This document shows, piece after piece, positions 11,638 through 22,000 of a stretch of DNA of 64,000 nucleotides. The stretch is taken from positions 18,972,001-19,036,000 of the forward strand of contig OX442314.1 in assembly GCA_949358305.1 (NCBI GenBank), written 5' to 3'. Below the pieces are notes generated by a model, which ran no database searches, had not been told where the DNA came from, and saw only the letters and a program-made list of their open reading frames with translations. The translations under genes and the position numbers were made by a program. This DNA is from Strigamia acuminata. Taxonomy: Eukaryota. Positions within the stretch are counted from its first letter, which is position 1; every line of letters begins with the position of its first letter.

Positions 11638-14252
11638 TTAAAAATTTTCTTTATAGAAGTCAAACTGAATACATTTTTCTGAAAAAAACGTACACTTCTC
11701 TGATACAACTTTCGACAAAGATTTTGGCCCGCAACAAAACACGCCAATGTTTTTCCTAATTAAAAAAAAAATCTTAAAAGAAACGTCACAGTTGTCTCAT
11801 TAAATCACCACATTAACCTGCGGTATTGGTTCTTTATGCTTTCAAATATATCGTCCCAATTTGGCCTGCCATAATTTGTTTTTTGCTGCAGTCCAGTTGT
11901 GATATCAGTCGCTTCAATATCATGGCAGAAAATCTCCAGCACCTTAAAAAAATTAAATTATATGAAAATAAAGTTTAATTAATCAATTAATTTCAACCTG
12001 TGATCGATTCCATCCGCTAGTTAAATAAATGTGATACGACAACGACTGCGAATTGCCATCATTTCTCAGCTTTTGTTCTAAAGTCAGAAGCAATTCTGCA
12101 AACCATTCGAATGATTGTGGTTTTGGGCAAAGCCAAAAGAAGTGAATGTTTTCGATGTTTTTCATAGAGCTTTTGCTGCAAAAATATGTTTAAGTTGAAC
12201 CCAAATTAATGAGCATGTCATATCATTGTTTTTGCGCACAGGAAAGACATCAGCACAGATGCGAATGGAGTAATGCCAATTCCTGCACCGATGAGCATCA
12301 CGGTCTTATAATCAAACACTCTCTCACAGGGAGTCCCGTATGGTCCATCAATGGCGATTCTAGGTAAAATAAAATAAATATAAAGTGAATTGAGTCGTTT
12401 AATGATGGGTTAGCTACCTTGGATATTGATTTAATTCTGAATTTGAATCGACACTGAATCTATTGATGAATTTCTTAGTCCAATTACCAGCTAATCTAAT
12501 GTGAACACTTAGGTACGGATCTTCAGGTGCCTATAACAAACTAAATTTAAAAAAAAAAAAGTTATTTACGGCAAATTATATTTACTGAAGTTAGTGTAAA
12601 TGGATGCCACTCGAAAAAAGATATGCTTGGACATTGAATGTAGATATATTGACCAGTTTTAAACTGAAACTTTTTTTTATGAAGCCTTAATTCCAGTACG
12701 GAACTTGGATGTTTTATTATCTGCAATTTTTTTTAAATTTTTTTTTAAATTTTTTGGTCTATAAACTCAGTTCCTGGTTCAACAAAATTTTACACCTTAT
12801 AAATGGTTACGGACTGCCAACCTCTAATGAACCGAATAATTTTTTCAGTTAAATATAAGCAAAAGGGAAACAAGATCCATTTCCAGCTCTGTAAATAATC
12901 AGAAAAAATTTATTATCAACGTAGGGATATTCGTCTTACTTGCGTTGAATGGCTAGAAAAGTTTGGCACTTTACAATTGGAATTGAATCCCCAATTATGT
13001 GGTTCAGAAGAACAACTTTCTGGATTGTTTTCACTCAAATTAATCTGTTTAGTGATGATTCCTCTATAAATATTTTTATAAAAAAAAATTAATTCTGATT
13101 TTATATTTACAGTACTTATCAATATCCTTACTGAATGCCATGAAAAACCAGAAGTATATAAAACAGCACTATTAAATGGTGAGTTAACCAGAATATTTCG
13201 TAATTAGAACGCCTATTTTTGTCAAAATATTGAAGAAAACGATTACCATTACTTGGTTTGTTTATACCTAATGACATTCACAGACGAAGTGGCAATCAAA
13301 AATAAAATAACAACTAAAAGGATTCCTGTTACACCTGGCACAGTTTTTAAAGTTTGATAGACTAATCCCTGGAAAAATTAAAAAATCAGTAGTTAGAACA
13401 AGAAATTCGGATGCAAGATGCTTATATTACATGGCTGGTGTCTTGAATGGGATTTAGATGCGTGATATTGGAGGGCAAATGAGTTAGCACAGATCTAAGA
13501 TGTTCATGAGTGAAATTGCCTTCATAAAAGTAGCCATAACTAAAGCAGTGCGCAACAACATGTATACCTTTAGAAATAAAAGTAAAGAATGATGAAAAAG
13601 ATAATGAACTCACTTTTAATCACCTCTAAATTACTTGAAAAAAATAAAATGGCCGTTGCAATTAATTTATGATAAGTGATGTTTTTCCATAATTGCCTTT
13701 GCATCGCATAGCCACACTAAAAACAAATGTTAGTATTGAGATTGTGCCATTGTGTGGTTTTTTTTTTTGCATTTCATGTGTGACTGACTTTGAAATAATT
13801 AGACAGAAATAACAAAAGATTTCTGCAGATAGGAAATATAACTAACATACAGTTGAAGTTGATGCACATAGCTGAAGCTTTTGCACAAGGAAATGCATTC
13901 TGAAATGTATTTTAATTAGTGGATGTGTATGTATGAGTGAATGTATATATTTACCCCAATTAAATGCCGTAAATATTCGAACTCTGCCGAGTTTTTATAG
14001 TGGATAAACATTGACATAAAGATTGCTGCATTAATTGCCAGCCATATTCCCTGCAATGAAAATAAAGGAAACGGGTCATTTTGACATGCTTTTAAAAACG
14101 TGATATTTACGACAAATATGATAGTAAATTTTTCATGTTTGAGTTTGGTTTTCAGGTTCATCTCAAACCTTTCAAGTTTCTAGATAATATAGGTGTGGTC
14201 TGGCGTTGTGTTGCTTTACGAGAGATTTCCTTTTCCCCTCTCGATGGAACAT
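11638..14252 (-). CDS. Nox: NADPH oxidase catalytic subunit, EF-hand-less, NOX1/2/3 (gp91phox/cytochrome b-245 heavy chain)-like; multi-exon and apparently complete
   Basis: Spliced translation: [22 protein letters not shown]...[24 protein letters not shown]...ITYHKLIA...IHVVAH...FWLTHHL...VFHG (four heme His), [58 protein letters not shown] (FAD), IAIDGPYGT...[45 protein letters not shown] (stop 11640-11638). Start exon 14252-14220 is less certain. Confidence 0.93.
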
Positions 14253-15142
14253 TCTAAAATAACACATGTGATGAATCACACACAGCCTTGAAGCCCGGCT
14301 GTGATAAAGAAATACAGTCAGTAAAAGTAAATAAAGGTACCATAATTTAAAATATATATTTTCACAACATTCCTGGAGTGAAAATCCGAATCTTTACAGT
14401 GCGATCCGAACAACCACACTGTACCGTGAAAAAAAATTATGTTACTGTTTTGAAAAATGTTAGACGGGAAACGAAATAAAGATTATAAAGAAAGTTTACA
14501 AACGCATCATGTTGATTCTCCCGGCTGTATCCCGGGAAAAAATAGAGGAAAATTAATGAAATTTTAACTGGATGCTTGTACTAGTACAACATCCTACTTT
14601 ATTCACCTAAACTTTTATCAAAATCTATCCATTAGTTTCTGAGAAAATTTTTTTTGTGAAGTGACATCAAAAAGTAAGAGGTAAAAGTAAGTTTACAAAC
14701 TCTGTTTACCATTGAGAAACCTTACAACAATGTCTGCTAAGGCTTTGTTGGCCCTCCTTTAGCCTGTAGTATTGCTTTCAATCATTCAGCCATACTTTCA
14801 AGCAATTTCAGTAGCACTGATGGAGATATTTTACACCTATCTTCAAAAATTGCTAATTTCAACCATGGAATGTTTTTTCTAGAACTCTAAGAGGAACTTT
14901 TGATTCCAAATCAAGAAATTATCTCATGAATGTTCAATTGGATTAAGGTTAAAATAACTGAGAAGGCCATTAAAGTTGTCTGATTTTTTTTGGTGTAAAA
15001 TACTCCCGCGCAAATTTCGTTGTATGTTTTTGTCTTTTGTCTTGTTGCAACAAATTTATTTTATACTGGACAATCCTATGACAATCTGCAGTGTCGGATG
15101 AAGATGGATGTACCAACTCGTTTATATTCGCTATTTGGTCTA

Positions 15143-15287
15143 TGTGAGCATAGTGCTCCCCCTAGCGGTCAGTCTTGACCATTTACCTGATTTGTTCTGC
15201 TTGTATCATGATTTGTTCTGTCTGAAGGGGAATAAAGTCAGTCTTGTAACGACATTCAACATAACCGGTTGTCTTTACATTCTCATA
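15143..15287 (+). repeat. 5' LTR (TGTGAG...CTCATA), contains AATAAA
   Basis: Direct repeat of 17570-17714. Confidence 0.95.
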
Positions 15288-15298
15288 TGGCGCAGTCG
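15288..15298 (+). other. Primer binding site TGGCGCAGTCG, probably complementary to a tRNA-Ser 3' end
   Basis: Starts TGG immediately after the LTR; resembles the tRNA-Ser-type PBS of insect gypsy-group elements (from memory). Confidence 0.75.
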
Positions 15299-15352
15299 AC
15301 TGAAAGAACCTAGAAAAGGGGATAGACTGTGGAAATTGATCGGATTTTCGAT

Positions 15353-15631
15353 GGAAACGTAGGAATCTTCGTTTCGAGGATCCGAGGGAGACGGAATTGG
15401 AGCGGCGTGCGTTATACGTAAAGAAAACACGTGCAGATAACGTTCGGCGGCCATTAAATCTTCGGTGGAAACGTAGGAAGCTTCGTTTCGAGGATTTGAG
15501 TGAAACAAAATTGGAGCGGCGTGCGTTATACGTAAAGAAAACACGTGCAGATAACGTTCGGCGGCCATTAAATTTTCGGTAGAAACGTAGGAAGCTTCGT
15601 TTCGAGAATTTGAGGGAGACAAAATTGGAGA
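15353..15631 (+). repeat. 114-bp tandem repeat (~2.4 copies) in the leader of the LTR element
   Basis: Units start at 15353, 15467 and 15581 ((G/A)GAAACGTAGGAA.CTTCGTTTCGAG...). Confidence 0.92.
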
Positions 15632-15636
15632 CGTTG

Positions 15637-17574
15637 ATGGAAGAAATTCGACGACGCGTGGTTCCGTTCACGGACGAAGAAGTTGACAAAGTTGAAAAGA
15701 ATCAAGCTACTGTGGAGACTATGTCTGGCGAAACGAACGCGCTGCTTTGGTCGTGCAATAGGGACGTTTTGGGGCTATTTTCGGATCCAGTTTTAAAGGC
15801 GGAGGCGGATCGGCGAAATTTGATCACGACGGGTTTGAGTCGGCCGGTGATTTTGATAATGTTGCGGTTGGATAACGAAGAACGAATCGCATCGGAGAAA
15901 TTTCGGCAGGAGGAGGAGAAGAGACGTGAAGCGGCGGATAGCGCTCGTAATCGTGAGGCGTTGTTGCAGCAGATGGTCGCGCGAAACGCGGCAATTTTGC
16001 GGCAAATGGCGGCGTTGATGCAGCAGATGGCCGAGGACACCAAATCTGAAGCTGGGCCGAGTTTTTCGGTGGACGCGCTGGTTCACCAAATGGCGGCGTT
16101 GACGCAGCAGATTGTCGCGCCAAACGCGGCAATTTTGCAGCAAATAACGGCGTTGACGCAGCAGACGGCCGAGGACACTAAATCCGATGAATACGAAGCG
16201 AAATCTGACAAAATCGAAGCGAAATCTGACGAAATCGAAGCAAAATCTGACGAGACGGCCAACGAAGTCGACGATAATGAAGTATGCGACGATGCTGAAG
16301 ATGAAAATGACGACGATTTTGACAAAAACGACCAATTAAATCAAGATGCTGACGAAGTAGATCGAGATGCGACTGAGACGAATCGTGATTCGATTGAAAC
16401 GAATCGTGATGCAATTGAAACGAATCGAGACGCAATTAAAACGAATCAAGATAGAAATAGGACGAATCGAGATGTGAATGAGGCGAAATTGGAAGAGCAC
16501 ACGTCGAAAATGGATGAAGGCAGGATGAAACTAGAGTTTAATACCGTTTTGAACGAATTTGATGCGAGTTCAGACGAATTTGACGTTAGGAACTTCAAAC
16601 TGGTTGCGATTGGAGAAAATACGAAATTGGAAAAGGACAAATCGAAATTTGACAAAACTGATTCGGGGTTTGATGAAACTGATACGAAATACGGCGAGAA
16701 CAGTGCGAAAGACGACGAGAACGGCAAGAAACACGACGTGAACGAGGACAAGACGAAAGTGGACGAGGACAAGACGAAATTGGACGAGGACAAGACGAAA
16801 TTGGACGAGGACAAATCGGAATTGGTTAAAAATGCAACAAAACTAGAATTTGATGGTTGGAGCGGCGAAAACGAAGCGTGGGATAGCGACGGTGACGCGT
16901 GTAGCAGTAATGACGATGCGCGAATCAACGACTTTGGCAAGAACGACTCGAAAATCGACGAAAATGGCGATAATGACGCGAAGACCGACGAGAATGGCAA
17001 GAACGACTCGAAAACCGACGAGAATGGCGATAGTGACGCGAAAACCGGTGAGAACAGGGATAGTGACGCGAAAACCGGTGAAAATGGCGATATCGACGTG
17101 AAAACCGACGATGGTGGCGAGAAACACGACGGGAACATGGCGAATCGGAGCGGGAACAGGTCGAGCCATGGGGGAAGGGACGCAGGAAGGGGAACTACCA
17201 AAGGACGCAGGCTAGCCAGACGAAAAACATGGGACCAGCGAGCTACGAAAGTAATCAAATTGGAGTGCCACTTTAACAATTGTCGAGGACGACAATCAGG
17301 TGGGGGGGTTCATGTTAGTACAACTGGAAAATGCATCGTCAAAAGATCGAATCGTGTCGAGGGGCGCGGGCATGGGTGGCGTCGGGATCCACAGTCGGCG
17401 AAAAGGGCGAGATCGAATCGCGTTGAGAGGCGTGGGCGTAGGCGGCGTCGGGATCCACAGTCGGGGACAAGGGCGAGGCGCATGTTCCGAAACTACGAAA
17501 TCGAAGAGCGGTATCGGAGGACCATTGTAGCGTACATTGTCGAGGACGACAATCACGGAGGAGGGGTCATGTGA
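15637..17574 (+). CDS. LTR-element ORF (~645 aa from the first ATG): Gag-like helical N-terminus and coiled coil, long acidic 7-aa and 10-aa repeats, Arg-rich C-terminus
   Basis: Intronless ORF spanning the internal region; stop TGA lies within the first bases of the 3' LTR. Repeats EAKSD.I, ETNRD.I, DEDKTKL and G..D.KT.EN. Confidence 0.7.
   Translation: MEEIRRRVVPFTDEEVDKVEKNQATVETMSGETNALLWSCNRDVLGLFSDPVLKAEADRRNLITTGLSRPVILIMLRLDNEERIASEKFRQEEEKRREAADSARNREALLQQMVARNAAILRQMAALMQQMAEDTKSEAGPSFSVDALVHQMAALTQQIVAPNAAILQQITALTQQTAEDTKSDEYEAKSDKIEAKSDEIEAKSDETANEVDDNEVCDDAEDENDDDFDKNDQLNQDADEVDRDATETNRDSIETNRDAIETNRDAIKTNQDRNRTNRDVNEAKLEEHTSKMDEGRMKLEFNTVLNEFDASSDEFDVRNFKLVAIGENTKLEKDKSKFDKTDSGFDETDTKYGENSAKDDENGKKHDVNEDKTKVDEDKTKLDEDKTKLDEDKSELVKNATKLEFDGWSGENEAWDSDGDACSSNDDARINDFGKNDSKIDENGDNDAKTDENGKNDSKTDENGDSDAKTGENRDSDAKTGENGDIDVKTDDGGEKHDGNMANRSGNRSSHGGRDAGRGTTKGRRLARRKTWDQRATKVIKLECHFNNCRGRQSGGGVHVSTTGKCIVKRSNRVEGRGHGWRRDPQSAKRARSNRVERRGRRRRRDPQSGTRARRMFRNYEIEERYRRTIVAYIVEDDNHGGGVM
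17557..17566 (+). other. Polypurine tract GGAGGAGGGG
   Basis: Purine run 3 nt upstream of the 3' LTR. Confidence 0.8.
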
Positions 17575-17714
17575 GCATAGTGCTCCCCCTAGCGGTCAGT
17601 CTTGACCATTTACCTGATTTGTTCTGCTTGTATCATGATTTGTTCTGTCTGAAGGGGAATAAAGTCAGTCTTGTAACGACATTCAACATAACCGGTTGTC
17701 TTTACATTCTCATA
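17570..17714 (+). repeat. 3' LTR
   Basis: Direct repeat of 15143-15287, followed by TSD GTCTA. Confidence 0.95.
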
Positions 17715-19048
17715 GTCTAATTTCGAGTTTCCTAGTCCTGACCTCTTGTCCGATAATTTTTATCCGAATGTCGTTTCAAGTTCAAGTTCAAGTAGTGCTT
17801 TTGTAAACATAGCGAGAAAAAAGTTTTTTGGCGATTCTTTATACGATTTCTGGATTAAGAGATTCACTAAGGTGAGGTATTAAATTATATTTACAACAAT
17901 GACCCATTAAAAGACGAGCTGCCACGTTGTCAAGGTCCACTATTCTGCGTATCCCATTTCCTGTCCAATTAATCTTAAAGAACACACAAAGACCGATTTG
18001 TTTTATCACAATGACAGGTTTTACTAAATATTTTAGATATTTACTCTAAGAGTTTCGAGATAATACTACGATTTTACACGATTTTACACTCTACACTCAA
18101 ACGTATACATACAGATTTCATTATTGCAGAAATAGGAAATAGGGATAGGGACATCAGATCTGCGGTGAATAATTCACGAAAATCACAATAATGCATGTGT
18201 GAAATGGTAAATGCACGCGACAGATCATCAGGTTGTCAACATTATTTGGCAGTGCAATTAGACAACATTTATTGTGGAGCTAATACAAATCTAAAAATAT
18301 TTACTGTATACAGTATTCAATTCGTAACAAAATAACTCTACAGATATTCAAACACAAGTATTTATATATATTTATAACAATCATTATTGATCTCAGTAAA
18401 AACTATGTCCGACTTTCCTTTTAGTAGGTGAATTCATTAAATTTTAGCACGTGCACGACCTGTAAAAGAGGTTTTGAAAACACGCGTAAATTCAGAGAAC
18501 GTCTCAAATTGAAAATTCTCTTAACCCCATATGTAAGCAAAAGTTGCAAAATTAATTCTCCTTTTGAGTTTTCGCTAAAAGCGAACAATTTTGCGTAATA
18601 AACTTCCAAAACTGCTTAGTAGGGCTGCAACATCGTCGATGTCTGTGCGATCATACAACATTTTGAATAACTTTTCTCAATTTAACTGACTATGAATTCA
18701 CCTAAGTTACGTTTCTCTTAAATTTTATTCATGTTACAAACTAGGTGTCGTAATTGACGAACTACAACATAATTCCATCTTTAGGCCAAAAGACTTCTGG
18801 TACACTACAATTAATTTCTCAGGTGTAAAACGCCTTTGATAAAAATATTAAAACGGACACTCCTATCTCGTACCGAATAACAATTTCTGTAACTGGTACC
18901 AGTAAATCTCAAAGCGGATAACAGTAAGGCATGCAATTAAGGCTTGGTTTATACAACAGAACAAGAACGCTTAAGCTTATCCGACAAGTTGCAATTCCAT
19001 GGAACTTTTTACGAGTTTGTACGAGTAGTTTCCGGTGATATAAAAGCT

Positions 19049-22000
19049 TTATGACTTTGGTATGTATTTGCTCGGCGGCCTTCGAGAGGGCGATTTAGAG
19101 GAAACATTTGACCTGGTCGGACGATTTTGTTCCATTGTAGTAATTAACTTGCGCGCTTCACTCTCTAATGTTGTCGGATCAGTGGACACTGTACGCAAGG
19201 ATCGATCGAGAGTTGTTCGAAGTTGGGAGATTTCGTCTCCAGACTTGGCAGTGTGTGAAATCAATTGCTGTCGGCAGCGGATCTCCTGGTTCAGCTGATC
19301 TTTCAGCACCTGGATCTATTTTATCGTACAAACCACTCAGTTAACCACGTAAAACAATAATAAAGTGAGCTAATAATATTTGACCTGCTGCTCCAATCCA
19401 GCAATCTTCTGTTTGTACATTTTTTCTCTAACACCCAGAGTTTTTTCTGCGTGGATCTTAGCTATACGAATTCGCTCAGAGTCGCTTTCTTTCTCCTCGC
19501 GATGGATTAGTTTTAATTCCATCATGGCTTGTGTATGTTGCCTTTCTTTTTCGTTCAGTTGAGTCTGTAAAAAGGGAAAGCTAATATTAGTTGACATATC
19601 CAAAATGCAAACGAAAAAAATCAAACTCACCTCAAAGTATTGTATTTTTCTTTGCAAGTCTGAATTTTCTTGTTCACTCGCTCTGAGTTTCCGATGAGGC
19701 ATTACTCTCGTAAAGTCTTCGCAAGATAGTTTCTCCCTTTCCACTTTGTCGAGTGTCTTTTTTAAAGCTGTTTTGTCCTTTTCTAACCGAAGTTGCGCTC
19801 GTTCCATTTCTCGTTTTTCCAATTCCCATTGGTTTAAACTGCGCTGCAACTGCGATAACTTTTCTACGAGGCTTTTCTTTTCCTCTTCCAATTCTTTCAC
19901 ACGCTGTAAATAACCATATTCTCCATCGTCTCGCTTTTTTAAAACCTGTAACGTTTTATGTATACATAGATTAAATTGCAAAGAAGCACGAGTTTAGACG
20001 TTACTAAAATCTACCTCATCAGAGCTCTTTATCTCGCTTTCCAATTCGAGTCGCCGTTGCTCGCAAACGGTCAATTTGTGCTCAAACTGATTAGCCCGTT
20101 CTTGTAAATAAGTGGCCTGTTTTTTTGCATCGCTCGAAGCTTGCCTTAGGAAAGCAAAAACAATTTTAATAATAATATTTAATAAGTGTGGTCGCATTTA
20201 ATACTTAGAATTCTCCAGTCTCTCTTCTACGACCCTTCTCTCATTTTCACTATTCACCAAAGCCTTCTGCAAATGGTGTAAACGCTCTTTCAAACCTTGG
20301 GTCGAACTCGAAGTTTCCGACAAACTTCGATTCAAAACAACTACCTGAAATAATAAATATTATTCATTTCAGAATCGACACTAGCGCAAACAATCGTTAC
20401 TTTGTCCTTCAGTTCGGTCTCTTGACCCGTTCTTTCGTCGATTTTCAGTTTTAATCGGTCAATGTTTAATAGGAGCAATGAATTTTTGTCTTCGTGTTCC
20501 CGAATTTGTCGCACTAGTGCGTCCAAACGTTTTTGCAATGCCTCGTTCTCAACTTCTTTCTCGTTAAGAGCCAGCTGCAAACTATGCGTATCGCCTTCTA
20601 ACGCCCTTTTCGATACTTCTAATTTGGAATAATGAGATTCGACAGCCTTCAGAGTTCCATGCAGTTGCTCTTTTTCAGCATCTTGTCTTACTTCATTTTG
20701 TTTCATTTTGGCGACTTTACTCTTTGCAAAATGAAAACCAAGCGAACATAAGCAACGGATAAATGAGGATAAATTGCAATAATCGTACTATTAATTGTCG
20801 TTTGTCATCAGTCTCGTTTTGAAGTGATTTTTCCAAATCGGCAATTTTCTCCATTAGACGCGTTCTCTCCATTTCGTTGCGCTGAATTGTTGATTCGTGC
20901 ATTTGAATAGTGGTCGAGGCGATGGACAGCTTAGAATCAATGCTTCGTTTCTCTGCAGACAAAATGAATTAGCAAAATTTTAACTCTAAATTTATGATTT
21001 ATAATTCTACCTTCTTCCGTCATTCCTAGCGATTTGTGCAATATATGCAACTTCTTCTCCACTTCCTGCTGCTGGTCACCTTTTTCTTTAACATTCATCT
21101 GTAGACTTTTCATTTGCAGTTTTATTTCATCCTAAAAAGAACAAGAAAAATTAATGCGTACGTTATTTTAACAACGCAGCAGTAAATCTCAACCCTTTCT
21201 TTCTCCGTTTGTGCCATCTGTTGCATCACATCACGCAAAGCAACGCGAATAGAGTCAGGATCAATCTCCGATGCCAATTGACTCGATTCTTGTGCCAACG
21301 CCCGAACTGGCGACTTCCTCGGCGATCCGTGTGCCTCTCCGGGTCTATATCTCGCTAAATAACACGCACAAAGATACAATTTTAATTTGGTCGATTAATT
21401 TAACTGACGCTGTACCATGAGTCGGTGACTTCCATCGTAGAGGACTTGTAGATCGCAATGGACTAACGGATCTATCTCTCAAACCCAAAAACCTTTTCAA
21501 CGACGAATTTACACTGAGAAGTTTGGATTCTACACTTTTCTTTGATTCTAAAAAATGTAAATTAATATTACGTTTTTCTTTTTCTTTTTCTTTTTTCTCA
21601 AAATGCTAACCTTCTAAGTATTCAATTTGTGACTCCAAAGCTGTGATTTGACCTTCATTAGCACTAAGATGCATTTTCAATTCTTCGGCGCAACTATTGC
21701 TTTCGGTCAACTGATTTTCCAGCTCTTGCTTATGCTCTTCCAGTTTAAATGCACTTTCATTCGCATCATCCAAAGCTAATTTCAGATTCTTTTCGCGCGA
21801 GTGAAACGTATCACCTTGGTCCATCATTTTACGCTTTAGCGATGTAAATTCCTGTTTCAAAATATCTCGAGAAGTTTCAGCCTCGTTTAACTAGAAAAAA
21901 AAATGATTAAAATTTAGATCCAATAACAAAATTTAAAAAATAACTAACTTGTTGTCTGAGAGTTGATAATTGTCTTCTGTTCTCATCTTCCGAATCATCA

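Larger units (their letters stand above)
15143..17714 (+). mobile_element. Non-autonomous LTR retroelement (TRIM/LARD-like, probably Gypsy/Metaviridae-derived), 2572 bp, recently inserted
   Basis: Two 145-bp LTRs, identical by eye; 5-bp TSD GTCTA (15138-15142 and 17715-17719); PBS directly after the 5' LTR; polypurine tract before the 3' LTR; single long ORF with no RT, RNase H, integrase or protease motifs. Confidence 0.93.

Noticed and set aside
15183..17556. Several minus-strand ORFs (up to 277 aa) inside the LTR element
   Set aside because: Low-complexity antisense shadows of the repeat-rich plus ORF; no recognisable domains.
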